The notes under the pieces were generated by a model that was not told where the DNA came from, did no database searches, and was given only the letters and a program-made list of their open reading frames with translations. From assembly GCA_023515725.1 (NCBI GenBank), contig JALDTO010000215.1, positions 62,001-126,000 of the forward strand: 64,000 nt of DNA, read 5' to 3'. Positions 1 through 13,327 of this stretch are shown piece by piece. The stretch comes from Amoeboaphelidium protococcarum X5 (lineage: Eukaryota > Fungi > Aphelidiomycota). Within the stretch, counting starts at the first letter, position 1. The number at the start of each line of letters is the position of its first letter. The position numbers and the translations under genes were made by a program.

Positions 1-1835
1 TGCTTACAAAGTTGTGCAGCACAGTACCAAATGAAACTTAATGATACCAACATTTTACTATTATAGACGCTATTAACTACCTTATCCAGCAGAAACTGCA
101 TAAATCTCCACACAATACGAGTGTGTTTCTCAACTAACGAATCCTTGGCATATTTCTACTCAAACAGCTAAAAAATCCCAATAGCTTCATCATAAAAGTC
201 CAATTGATTCAAGACTTGATGAATATCATCATCGCGGCACTCCAGCATTGATAACTCAAACATTTTGCAGAATCCATCAAAAACTTTCAATACTTTATAT
301 GAATGTAACGCAGCAGACATTTCAGCCTTCAGAACTGTCAATTTCTCCATTTGCATTAAACTGTCCACAGAAATAATTTCTCGCAATAGAATAAATTCAA
401 CAGACGCATTAAGAGACTAGAATGCCAATTTACACTTTTAAATCAACTCTGAATGCCATGACACTTGCGTAGGATATACCTATGAGGCCATCTTGTAAGC
501 GAGCCAATAATATACACAAGCCAGACGTTGATCACCAGATTCAAGATATCTTTTAAATATATGGCAAAGATAGCTTTGAAATTACCCTATCACTTAAAGC
601 CAGATGTCGTCATTCTCCAAATGTACATCATCATTGGAACTAAAATGTATCATTACTAAAAGGAACGCTTACGATAGCCATGTGAGAACTTTATCATCGT
701 CAAGCTTAAGACGGATTCCTCTGTCAGAAAGTTATCGAACAAACTCAGCAACTTTCACACAATCACAATGAGGCAGCACAGTTCTTTGATTAATCAGAAG
801 CCTCACAGTATCAAGAAATACCTAAAGAATCGATTTATCTCCATCAATAAAAGTAAAAGACTGTAAATGCTCTGAGGAGAGTAGAATATCACTCTGCTGA
901 GATAGAAGACCTTACCATTCAGCCATCTAAATCTAATCTTTCTAGGAACCTGCATCAGATACCGTCACATGTTAAGATCTCTCGATATGATAAAAGTACT
1001 CTCTGACATTGAAATATAAGTCTTTTTCAATGTCCTCGTTACTCAGCTAAAGAGACTCCACCAAAGCTTCGCTCAGATAATAATGCTCCAGAAGATCATC
1101 AAGCTTCTACTTTCTCTTATTAGGACGATTAAGAGTTCTTCTAGACTATCTGATACTTTGCCCCTCCTCGTGAGGATTATCTTCCTACTACTCAGGTATA
1201 GTCTCATCAACAATGGCCATAACATCTTGCACTTCCACACTAAGAATAAGCCGGCAGTTCCCGTTCTACTCAAATAATCTAATGAGAGATTCTAATAAGG
1301 AACTTAATGAATTAGGCAGAGTAAAATCCAATTTCACGTTATGATGCTCAACAATGCCAACGTCCACTGGCATGACATCGCTCAGAAATTCACCGTGTTA
1401 ATGCAACTGATCTTTATCATCGGTAAGCATAGCTGCAATATTGTAACATTGGATTGATAAAGCTTGCATTTTCTATTTCTGATAGTGTCTAGATAGGAGG
1501 AGCCACGACTCAATATTAGCAGTGTTAGATTGGCAATACTCAGTCAGAATTTTTTCCATGACGGTAGAATCTACATCATCCTACAGCTGCAGTAATGAGA
1601 TGTACTTTTTATATGCCAGATACCGTAACAGTTGAAGCTCGTTAGTGTACACCTGGAGATAATCATTAGATACAACATGAGGGAGACTACGGAAATGTTC
1701 AATCACTGCACGAACCTTCTTCACATCATTACCACTATCTTTAAAGAGTTTAAACACGTTCACTTGCACTTAATCTTTCTTTTTAAGTTACGTACTTTAA
1801 GTACTTGATTTCTCAATTTAGTTGAGCACTTTCAT
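1..1835 (-). CDS. Large helical/TPR-like protein, possibly Hir3/CABIN1-like; runs off the window start, start codon uncertain
   Basis: Frame stays open with TAA/TAG=Gln over the part translated; LRYLAYKKYISLL and ANIESWLLLSRHYQKQKMQALSIQCYNIA resemble the Hir3/Cabin1 N-terminal TPR region (weak). Confidence 0.5.
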
Positions 1836-2164
1836 TCTATTGTCTAATGTCTGACAAGTAGATTGAGGATAATCTCTACTGAGATGAAGAAAGAAATGCC
1901 GATTTTGCAACGCGTCTGAAACGAAAAAGTTATATCGTCCTTACTGCTCTTCCACAGGTTAAGAGCCAACAAACTTTAAATAGTACTGAGCGCTTGCACT
2001 CTTGAAACGCCATCATAATTCAAAATCTTTGTAAATGTGAAATGTCAGCCATTACGGGTGTGAATAATATCACAGTTTCAATAGAATTGAATTGACTCGT
2101 GCAAATCATAGAACTAAACAACAATGATTAAAGCACTCAAAAAACTAGATAAAACAACAATCAT

Positions 2165-2743
2165 TCATTTAATACCATCTAGATTTAAATCCTCAGTTTT
2201 AAGTTTTCTATTAGTTTTCTTCTAAGGCTTTGGCGCAGATGGGTTTTCAAGAGTGTAGAATTGTCGCAACTATAACACTGCCTCATCGCGCAAGATACCA
2301 CCAATAAACTGACAGAAACGCGGTAATTCATGGTCAGCACTCTAATACTTTGCACATCTCGCCTGGATAATCTGCGGTATATTCATTACAGATCCACATC
2401 CACCAAATCTATCGTTGTGAGCACCAAAATATACTTGTTTGACGCGTAACTCCATCAGAGCGGGTGCACACATAATGCATGGCTCCACAGTGACGTAAAC
2501 AGTCACGTCAGAAAAGTCTGTATCCACAGGGAGACTGCTGATTGCGATCATCTCGGCGTGTTTTGTGGCATTTCTGAATTAATTCGTAGCATTCGCTCCT
2601 CGAGCTATCACCTCGCCATTCCTCACAAAGACACATCCAACAGGCACTTCACCATTATCCATCGCATTTTGAGCTTATTGTAGAGCAAGTCGCATAAAGT
2701 CCTCATTGGTCATCTCCGCATCATTCCTCTTCCTCTTTGCCAT
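2165..2743 (-). CDS. TAD2: tRNA-specific adenosine-34 deaminase catalytic subunit
   Basis: GEVPVGCVFV, HAE, VEPCIMC and NDRFGGCGS motifs; 192 aa, ends TGA. Confidence 0.95.
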
Positions 2744-2941
2744 GCATGTACCGTGTATTGCTTACTTGTTACTCTTTCGGTACGCTGTGAGTCCTGCAGT
2801 AGTGTTAGCGAGTGCCCTTCGGTTTCGGTTGATTGGACGAGATTAAATTTCGTATTTTCCTAAGCGCGAAAAACAAGTGCTGATCAACTAATAGTTTTAT
2901 TAGTGGAATTCCTTAATAGATAAAAACGTATATATAATAAA

Positions 2942-3290
2942 ATGGTAAGATTGTGTTATTACCCCCATCTCATTGAACTTGGACGCATAGCGAGAGACTT
3001 ATTTCAACATGAATTTTAGTTTAATGAATATGGGGGGATATATAATGGAATGGAATACTAATTGTTTATAATTATTGTTGTTATGAGTGTAGGGAAAAGT
3101 ACACGGTTCTTTGGCTCGTGCCGGTAAAGTGAAGGGACAGACACCTAAAGTGGACAAGTAGGAGAAGAAGAAACCATTGACTGGTCGCGCAAAGAAGAGA
3201 ATGCTCTACAACAAGAGATTTGTGAATGTTGTTGCCGGCTTTGCTGGTAAGAAGAGAAGAATGAACCCATCTCCTGTTGAAAAGCCATGA
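2942..3290 (+). CDS. RPS30: 40S ribosomal protein S30 (eS30); intron 2945-3092 directly after ATG
   Basis: [28 protein letters not shown]; the conserved Q is encoded by TAG. Confidence 0.97.
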
Positions 3291-3453
3291 TCTCATTCTC
3301 AGCGATGATTAACATGCATTGAATAAAAGAAAATACTTTATCATCAGCTATTATACTGTACTTATACTTACGTGCTACGTATTCTAATTTGCCGCTGCTG
3401 GACTACTGATTTATACTTGTTCTTTGCCGATGAATGTAATCCCTTTATTAACA

Positions 3454-4548
3454 TCACAGGGCATCAAGACGCGTCTTCTCCATTAATTTACACGTCCCGC
3501 CTCCAGAAGAATCGAATTCAAACTTGAAATATTCACCATTTTCACTAATTGCAATAAGAGATTTCTCACTGTCACCAAACTATATCTTGAATCGGGCACT
3601 AGTCAGAGAGATTGAGCAACGCGCAAATGATCGCTCCGGTTGGAAGTAAGCCGGTAGCATCGGATTTATTTGCGACGGCGAAGCTTTGAGAGAATCGGAT
3701 ATCTACGCTGTATTATCTAGATGTTACTATGATGGTCTATATTGAGCACTAGAGGCAGCATCACTTTGTACAGCAGCTAGTTTGAATACATGTATTGACC
3801 CAGTGTCGCTGCAGCACGCCAGAAATCTAGAGTCTGCAGTCCAAACTAGATTGTAGATCGTCGCGTGTTCAGTACCGCGTCGAAACGTTTAGATCAGTTG
3901 ACCAGTTGTGATATCAAACACGCGTATTAAAGTCCCTTTTATGCTGGTTGTGGCAATTAAATTACCATCAGTACTAAGCTGGATGTTCTATAAGCGAGAG
4001 GTATGTGCCTATATAACAGCCATATTTCTAGTAATTTAACCATCAGATTAATTTGAATCTTGAGTATCTACTTGGAACACTTGAACTTGACCGACTTGAG
4101 TAGTTAACGATGCAACAATTATGCTATTATTACGTTATACAGCACTACAGAGACCACTATAATTTTCAACTGTATTAAATGAGTGAAGCAATCGTGGACA
4201 ACGTTCAAACGAGTATATCACAATTCTGTTAATCAACACACATAATATAGCCTCTCGAGTCGATTATACAGAAACCACATCTTGATTAAACTCAACTTCA
4301 AATAAAAACTACTTTTTAGCTTCGTCCCAGATCCTGACTAAATTCTTTAGACTTTACGGGATGAGGGCAACTATATTACTTCGCTGCATGACTACAACCG
4401 TATTAAAGGGTGCTCCTTCGGCTTCAGTTAAACTCAGATTACAAAGTGCTTGTAAAGGATCAACGTTGTAGACAGCTATAAGCTGCTAGCTCTACACCGC
4501 TATGCAAGGGGAATCTTACGAATGAAAGATTTCATATTTATTCATCAT
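3454..4548 (-). CDS. PROPPIN WD40 protein (Atg18/Hsv2/WIPI family)
   Basis: ATTSIKGTLIRVF...FRRG...CSDTGSIHVF phosphoinositide-binding signature. Confidence 0.9.
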
Positions 4549-4925
4549 GGAAAGTGATTTATATTGCAATAAAACAGAAGATATAATGAAAGATTGAAAA
4601 GCGCGTTAAAGTGCCACTGTTGAAACACAAGATTTAGTATAATGGTTACAGTACATAGTACAGACGGCAACTTCACTCCGTCTCATAGCTTACCAAATCC
4701 GCCGAGCCGTGAAAGCAATGCGAACAACCATTAGGGTGTGACTGATTCGCTGCTAAACTTATTCGTGTTTCAGAGTGACCACAATGACCAATCACGTCGA
4801 TTCTAATCTCTCGCCGTATTGGTGGATGGGATAATCTTGGCTTAGATTAAGACTTTTCGCAGACTCTTCGTTTGATTCCTAAAAAAAGATATATTAAAGT
4901 CTATTCATCAATAGTATCAAGTATT

Positions 4926-6433
4926 ATGTTTGCGGATTCTGAGCTAGTTGGGGTATTCGAGGATGCGGAGAGATAGTAATAACAACAAAGGTAAGCTCAT
5001 GTTGTCGCTCTGATTGTTTCAAATATCATGATTTTATTAGTAACGCGTGTAGTTATGGAATTCAACACTTTGGTATTGATGATTTGATTTCTGGTAATGG
5101 TGGCCAAAGTGGTCAAATGCAGCAAAGTGGCGCTCATTCTGATATCTAGTCTTTAGGACAGTCTCCGTCTATTGGGTAGTAGCCAATGTAGTACGAAGTT
5201 TAGCGCTCGCCGCAGCATGTTTCGCCTCTAAGTCCTCTGTAACTAAACTAAAGTTTGCCTACTGTCAATGAGGATCACACATAGCAGAAGCTGACTATCG
5301 ATACTTCTCTTGCATCTGCAACAAACTTTTAGTAGTCTTTGACTTCTGGACTCCTGTCATCTGCGGCTATATAAAGTGCCAAATTCCAGAGTCCACCTAG
5401 CTGGCGTCGTCGCAATACGTACAACGCTGGCGATAGCGGCCCGCATTTTACGCCAACACAGTAACATGAAACCGTGTACAGTGGAGACAAGAGCCAGATG
5501 ATGAAATTCAGTCTTACTGCAAAGCTGGATAAGGGCTTCTTCCTAGCTGACAATGACTGGACTTGCTATCGTCGCAACTATTTTCAATTATCTGCCGCAT
5601 TTCAGTCATTCGCGTCAAGTGCTGTGGCTGGTGAAAATTCCTCAATGTTTCAGTGCCCTGTTGAGGAGCAGAATGCTGTGATTGTCCAGGGAGGATAAAC
5701 AAAACGCATTTCTTCATTCAAAATTGGAGTATCAAGTCGTGTTGCCGCATCTCAGAAGTCTATTCAGTTGATTTAGCACACTAGCAAACGCGACAAAGGC
5801 CCACAGAAGGTGCCTGGGCCTCGTATCTGTCGATCTGGCGGACAGCTGTTATCTCTATCCCCATTGCACGGTGCATCTGAAGCTATATCGTGTGGAGATG
5901 ATGTGGTGTGCTTCGAGAGAATTCAGTTCAAAAGCTCCACTGCTAACAACGGCAAGAGACGCACTGCTCAACAATACTTTGTTTTGGACATTTGTCTATT
6001 TGCTGAGCTCTAGGATGGCGCAGAAGTGAGAATTGCATCCATCACCTCTGCTCCTTTGATTGTGAGAGGACGTTCACCTGGACATTACGCTGATTAGGGT
6101 AATTACGTGCAGCCAAGCTATGGAAAGTCTCTGATATCCCCTGGCATGCAATCATAGTTTCTGTATGCTAACGCCGACTCTATGTTAACTCAGATGACGC
6201 CGTAGACGCCATTTGTAAATTAGCTGCTGTCATTGCAAGAAATCCCATCTTATCAAAGTCCATCGCCTTCTGGGTTGGTAAGATCATCCTCTTCCAACTC
6301 TGATTTTGACACTTTAATGACTGGTCAGTAGTAATCTCTGTTACCTGTCTCAAATTTTGGATTCTAGTTCAATGTTGACCAATAGCAGTATGACTAGTAA
6401 TTGCAATTGGCCTAACTGAACTCCGTGTTATGA
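4926..6433 (+). CDS. Ndt80/PhoG-family transcription factor; intron 4991-5052
   Basis: WTCYRRNYFQ, LIQHTSKRDKGPQ, FERIQFKSSTANNGKRR, IVRGRSPGHY; Gln-rich flanks written with TAA/TAG/CAA. Confidence 0.93.
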
Positions 6434-6579
6434 GTTCACATTATAACGCCAGCTTAAGTTAATAACCAAAATGTGTAAATTAAATGATGTGTAATATACA
6501 ATACAAAAAAAATCTATGTCTCTACCGATCATCTTTCATTCTCATGATAAATAAAGGTTGCTTGACACTAATTAATTTA

Positions 6580-8231
6580 TCATTTATCGGGCAGTTCAGA
6601 ATTCTAGTACAATGGGTTGAAACTTTCGCTTGATGATGGTTTATAAAGAGGATTGTTCTACATCTAGGTAGCATAGAACTCCTTCTCCCATGTTTTCTAA
6701 AATCTTACCGCAGCTACGTGCCAATACAGAATCCATGCTAGTAGAAGTCCAATAAGAGCGAAGAACGCAACTCCACCAACAACAACGCCCGCGATCTAAG
6801 AACTCTATAAAGGCGGCTGAGGAGGAAATATAGGCATCTTTGCCTCAATGGTGATTGTCGCTGTAGATGAGGATAGACCATCAGAGACCATCCACTTCAG
6901 TTGCTCTTTCCCAACATTAACAGGCCGGTACTCTAGCATACCATCCTTGGCAATAGTAGCATAACCAAACTAAGGCGATGATATCAAAAAGAAGGATAGA
7001 TCAGACAGAGCAGTGTCTCGATCATAAACACTCAACTGAAATGTACTGTTCTCACCAATGTTTGCATTCACCTACTAATCACTAGCTTCAGGTGGGTAAT
7101 AAATTGCATTTACCGAAATTTATGCAAAAGCAACAGTTGAGTTAGCCTGACCGTCATTCATAATGAACTAGAAACTATCTTCACCGTTAAAATCTACATC
7201 TGGAGTATATACAATCTTGGTATTCACAGGAATCCAATTTCCTACAGGTGCAGATATAGATCCAAATGATGGTTTACTCAGAATCATGAACGACACGGTC
7301 GGGTTATAATCAGGATCATAACCTTCCAGGACAAACTAAGCTTCACTATTCTGAGACAGAAGAACAGATGTGTTCAGAGCAATAGGAGCTTGATTGATGG
7401 GCACAATAGAGGTGGTAATTTAGAACGCACTACCACTCCAATGACGTTCCGCGTGGAAGATTGTCATCTCATGAGTCAGATTCTGCAGCAGACCCAGACT
7501 GTCCAGATTAATAGAGCAGGTCAGAGTTGGATGAATAGAGCCCAAGTCGCAACTTGTAAGCTTGCCATCAATAAACACCCATAAATCATCATCACCAGTG
7601 AATGTGAATACTTCACCGCCTCTGTAATAGAATTTGGCATTGATCTCAGTGGTGAACCAGTAATTGTTATTGCGATCAGACTGACTGAACATACTTCTAC
7701 TATTCAAAGCCTCTCGCTGATATCCTAGACCATTCAAAGGGAAGAAAGAGGTGGACTTGAATTGATACAATGCAGCAGACGGATCAATCAGGTCCAACTA
7801 TATAGATAATGGATAAGCAATATTGACACCAGGAACGTCGGTGTAATACTCTTCATGAAGAAACTGGCCAAAATTTGAGATTGCAGCCGAAGTTCTAGCC
7901 TGGGTCACATTGAGTTTAGAGCAGCTGGTGTATATACCAAATTGATCCGGGCTGCGCAATTGGGGAGGTAAGAACTACGGGCGCCCGTTTGCATCCAACT
8001 TATCTTTCAGTAAACCAGTCTGCTAGTAACACCATTAAGCGGGACTCTCCATATCAGGGTTCATTGCACTACATAGAGAACGTCGGTATGTTAAAACATG
8101 TAAAGGGCATATGGACAGTATGAGGCTTACTTAAAGTCGCGAAGAAATCCTTGCAGTGTGATAAACGGTGGCAGATCTGACTATGCGTAGATGGCCGTTC
8201 CAAGCAGCATGACTTGAACCAGTTTGTTCAT
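6580..8231 (-). CDS. Single-pass membrane protein: signal peptide, fibro-slime/PA14 domain, two Ig/cadherin-like repeats, TM helix, double-NPxY tail; intron 8069-8130
   Basis: LRDFNAMNPDME, FFPL, WFTTEINAKF, FTFTGDDDLWVFIDGKL (fibro-slime); VYTPDVDFNGEDSFQFIMNDG repeat; GVVVGG TM; NNPLYKPSSSESFNPLY. Confidence 0.9.
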
Positions 8232-8492
8232 ATTAAATAACATTTAATTCGATATAATAGTGCTGTGGTGATAGTTCTCTAGAGTGGGATAGAAGAGTTG
8301 TTAAGCAAGTGGACAGCTCAATACTGTTGTTCCGCACGGTAACCATGGCAATATTCGGAGTTCTGTGCAGTGTTGCGACATTCGCTCTTTGTAATCCAGG
8401 AACTACCCTACGCTATTTGAAATATTGATAGCAAAGATATTGCAAAGACAATTAAATCCAGTTCAAGACTATATTATTATTCACAATTTCTA

Positions 8493-8933
8493 TCACTTTC
8501 CAGACTATTCATCATCGCGATTGAATAAAGTTGTTCCAGTAGGCGAGTGTCTTTAAGCACCTAGATTCGCTTATGTGCTAACGGAATCAGACAGCCTTGA
8601 CATCCAAACATTCTCAGGAATCTATTTGGCCCAGTGAGGAATACAATGGTCTGGCACCGTAATCTTATCCATAGTCTCTTTGATTATACTCAAATCTTCT
8701 ACACACACATCCGTCGCTGAATGTTGATCATTTGTTTCGCTCACATTTAAAACACGCTTTAGAACATACATACCTGCAGTAAATTCGCCACCTGGCAATT
8801 CTTACTTATCCTCTGAAATCTATTAATATTCCGTTGCTGATGAAGAATCTTTTGCATCTTCTGAATTCAGTATATTCTAAGACATGTCAGGGTCAGAAGA
8901 TTATTGTTTAAAGGCCGACTCTTATCCCAACAT
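8493..8933 (-). CDS. MEA1 (male-enhanced antigen 1)-like protein; probable intron 8699-8773
   Basis: IIKETMDKITVPDHCIPHWAKQIPENVW resembles the MEA1 core. Confidence 0.7.
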
Positions 8934-8995
8934 TGTTGATGAATCGAATTTTCTCTACTGCTCGGAAGAGAATGAAATTTACTATCGGACCAACA

Positions 8996-9752
8996 ATGGA
9001 GATAGAGGTGAAGTTAAATTTGCCGGATAAAGCTGCCCATTAACGCGTCATTGAACTCTTGACTAAAGAGGCTAAACCGCTGGGTACGGAGATTCAGACT
9101 AACAATTTCTTTGACACCGAGGACAATGCGCTGTAAGTTGTTGATCCATTGTCGCCCGCCATTTAGAATCTTATCTCATATCATTATTATGTGTGTAGTT
9201 AGAAAGTGAGAAATGTAATGAGAATTCGATAAAAGATCAAGTCTGGCGGGAGTGAAAGTTACGTTCTGACATTGAAAGGTAATGCTGTATTAGAAAATGG
9301 AGTCAGTCGTGTTGAAGAGGTAGGTATGCTTACTTGAGTGTTGACCGCTGTGATATCTTGACGGACGTAAGTTTAGAGTGTAGAATGAAGAGACTTTAGG
9401 TAGCGATGAGGCTAAACGTTTGATTGAAGATCCATCTTAGATTGCTGAAGCAACATCTGCATCTAAATCTGCGCTGTTGAAATAGATTATAGAAAAATTT
9501 GATGACAAGAGCGGATGGGAGAAGGTTGGCTCATTCAAGAATTAGAGGCAAAAGTTTTAATGGAAAGATTATGTTCTGGAGGTTGATGAGACCATGTTTT
9601 AACACGGCACTTGTTATGAGATTGAACTTGAGCATGTAGATGCTATTACTGCCAAGTCTCATTTGGAAAACTGGCTTACCACTCATGGTATATAATACTC
9701 ATACTCCAAGAAGAACAAGTATGCCAACATGCTAGACGGAACTTTGGTTTGA
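8996..9752 (+). CDS. CYTH-domain triphosphate tunnel metalloenzyme (TTM3-like); introns 9133-9198 and 9320-9383
   Basis: N-terminal MEIEVK (ExExK), QTNNFFDT, LTLKG, GVSRVEE, LEVDET, YEIELE, NKY. Confidence 0.9.
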
Positions 9753-9793
9753 TTGTGAAAGAATATACATCAAGCTACCAAGTTATAAATTCA

Positions 9794-10470
9794 TCATTTT
9801 TATAATCTCTTCATTCTACTATGAGCTTCAACTTTAAACGCGTCAACCATCTTTAAGGCAACTTCATTAAAAAAGAATCCAGCCATGGCATCATGAAGAA
9901 CAGACTTGAACTGATAATCAATCACAAATTGTACTCGACAAGCATCATCAGTAGAAGAATTAGCATCGAGTGGCATAATAGTCCACCTAGTCTTCAGCTA
10001 CTTGAACACTTCACTCTCTGATGCCACAGCGATTACTTCATATCGATTGAGTCGATGATTTTCAATGCAGGTGACGCTACTCGTGTACCGACCTTCTGAA
10101 TTCTTGAATCCGACTCCAAGTACTCCCTTAAATGACTATTACAACACTTCACCTTCCTCTCTATTCATCAATCGCCTTGATCCATCTATAATTCTGGATG
10201 ATGTGCAATAGGGAACGAACGTCTTATAACTGTTCACATCAGACACAACGTCATAGAACTATCTCGGCGATATTGATCTACACTTACAAACATGACGGCA
10301 GGTTTAAGACCATCAAAGATACTGAATAGCTGAATGACGTACCTGATCACGTCTGTATTTGAATAATGGTGTAATTTGGGAGAGCTGATTACCTGAGTAA
10401 GGTGAGAGATATCAGGCAATCTAAATATAAATCTCTTCTGATCGAGTCGCCGAATCTGCAAATTCATCAT
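9794..10470 (-). CDS. COQ10: Coenzyme Q-binding START-domain protein; intron 10278-10342
   Basis: FYDVVSDVNSYKTFVPYCTSS, LGVGF, YTSSV, FKQLKTRW, MVDAF. Confidence 0.88.
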
Positions 10471-10530
10471 GATTTGTTTATAAAGAGAGAGAAGTTTCTA
10501 AGAAGTACAACATTGAGTGTAAGTATATTA

Positions 10531-12114
10531 TCAGCGACGATCACGATTATATTAATTGTACGATGATGACGATGAATGCTGAGACTAATAGTAATCTCTG
10601 TACTTTCCATGCGGACGCGAATACTAATAACCATTAGATTGTCGTCTTGGGCGGTGTTGGAAATTTGCCATATCTTCGGTCGGATCATAGCGACTACCAC
10701 TTGCCTACTATTAATGTGGTGGCGGTCGTTAATCTTCATGAGGCGGCTATTACGGATACGGTGGAGGTTGCTTATCAGCTACTTCATCATAACTGATCCT
10801 ACTACGTGACTCTCCCCGAGGTTACTCTCCTCCTCGGTGCTTACTTTGAGATTCTGTAGGTCTACCGCGAACTCTATCAACTTATCGATCATCTTCCACT
10901 CTCTATTGCTAATGATACTACTAAGACGCAGTTTGGCCATAATGATGATCTTCATAACTTCTATACTACGATTCATAAGCATCGCGTGGATGTTGATATC
11001 CACTACGCTGATAATCTTCCGGGTATCGATAGTAGTCATCGTAGTACTATCGTGAATCCCGGTAATGAGCATCTCTATAATAATTATTTTAAGGTGGTGA
11101 CCCCTGGTGTCTTCCTCTATCTTCACGTACATCCAAATCTTGTCTCAGATGCCCATTAGAATCATATCGACGCGGCTACTAGTTAGATTACCTCTATTGA
11201 GGTGGCGGCTTACGGACAAATTACCTGATAGGATGCAATTTGGCATACTCCTAATACTTTTGCTTTAAATCTTTATACTTGGCAGTCTCCATATACGCCT
11301 CCTTCCTCTAACTACCTTAGACGGACTTGTTATAGAATTCATACACATTATGCACGTTATAAAACTAATCCTCATCCATATTACTATCATCAGATTGCAT
11401 TTTATCAGCACCTTACTATAAGCTCTGGGTAATACTACCAACACTATTTGCATCCAAGCGCTAAATACGATCCACGTTGTCATGTAACATTGAATGGAGC
11501 ACTTGTTCAAATTGCACAATAGCATCATCATACCGGCTGACACCATTCAGCGTATTACCGAAAACTATCTTGGCATACATATTATGTGGCTACAGTTCTA
11601 TAGCCTGCTTAAAATATTTAATTGAACTCTCCTTGGCCTTTTTACGCTCATCCCCCATCAGATCCTTGACACTATCCAGCACCAGCAGCCCATCTCTGAG
11701 ACATCCACACGCCCAGTCTTCTTACTGCTTCTATCGCAGCGAGACATAATCTACAACTTGGTCGTCATCCTTAATATCACCAACATCACCATCTTTACCA
11801 AGGACGGCATTGAAATCAACATGCCAATTACCGCACGCTCTGTAAAAGGCAGAACCATCTTAGATATCTGGATGCTGAGATGTTGTCATTTCCTTTACGT
11901 ATACGCGATCTCTTTAATCTGTAGCATAATGCCCAAATTTATCGTGCAAATTGGATATTATCAAAGTGAGGTTAGAAGGATCATCAATTATAGAGGATTA
12001 GCTCCTTTATTACCACTAACCAACTATATCCAGGATCTAACTCTCTCTTGATGCGACAAAATCGCGAATAAACTCTTCACACTAAACAGAATTATTCCGA
12101 TTCAAATTCGCCAT
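10531..12114 (-). CDS. TPR protein (TTC14-like) with R/D/Y/Q-rich low-complexity C-terminus
   Basis: 527-codon frame under table 6; LRQKQQEDWA followed by TPR KYFKQAIELQPHNMYAKIVFGNTLNGVSRYDDAIVQFEQVL. Confidence 0.65.
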
Positions 12115-12441
12115 TATAAAACCTCAGTCTTGATCAATGTGAAGGTTTTCCGATGGGATGGTCGATTATAAAGAAGGGACTTAACACTGAGAGCAGTACT
12201 GTATAGAGAGAGATAAATGAATGAATAACTGAGTGACTGTGAGCTCGCCAACCAGCAGAGAGGAACGACGAGAGAAGAGATTGAACGAGCGAACGAAACG
12301 ACGCTCCGAGTATTGAGCGAGCCGGCCTGTCATAGTGTGTGAATCTCTCAGGTCAGCGAGCGCGTCAAGTTGTCTTTGTTAGAATTGTGTAAGATCGATC
12401 AACTTGGATCACTTTTGCAAGTCATTTCATCACTTTTGGAA

Positions 12442-13239
12442 ATGACCAGCGGTAAGGATATATTTGTGGGATAGAGTGCAGAATCTATTGGATTGGCTGC
12501 CGTTGAAGAGATTATAAGAATACAGGCGTAAAGTATTGAGTAGCGCGGGAAGTTTTCAATCGCATTCAGTGGAGGATCTTTGCCTAAAGTTGTCGGTGGA
12601 CCTCTGATTAAAGCCGCTGAAAGAGGTCGCATAACTAGAGAGCAACTTGATAAGTGGATTGTCTTGTATGCTGATGAGCGATTCGTTTTACTGGATGATG
12701 GCGATAGTAATCACAAGCTGTGTGAAGACCAAGTTCTCAGTTAACTGTACACTCGCGGACTGAGAAGCTAATCAGTGTTGACAGTCGATGAAGATTGTGT
12801 CAAGCGCAATGATTTAACCGGTGCTGCGTAAACATATTAGACCAAGTTGTAATCTATGCTGGGCAGTCTTCATCCTCAGATTGATCTCATTCTACTGGGC
12901 ATGGGTCCAGATGGTCATACGTGTTCCCTATTCCCTGGACATGAACTGCTCAAGATTGACAATCGCGATACACTGATAGCTTGTCTAGATGACAGTCCAA
13001 AGCCACCGCCAAAGAGAATTACGTTCACCCTGCCACTTGTCAATGACGCGCACAATGTCTACTTTATAGTCACCGGAGATGGTAAGAAGGATGTGCTCAG
13101 CCACGCATTGAGTGATGGGGCCTAGTAGGACGTCAAATATCCTGTTCAATTAGTTGATCCCCGCCGCGGAACTCTAGTATGGTTCCTCGATACTGCCGCT
13201 GCATCCAAACTAAGTTCATCTCTATACAAATCACTGTGA
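12442..13239 (+). CDS. 6-phosphogluconolactonase (SOL/PGLS)
   Basis: [46 protein letters not shown]. Confidence 0.96.
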
Positions 13240-13327
13240 TATTTTGAATAATTCAAATAATGAGAAGTTATATATACAATCCTATATTTATTTTCTGGAT
13301 AAATACTACTGCACTGTATCAGACGTA

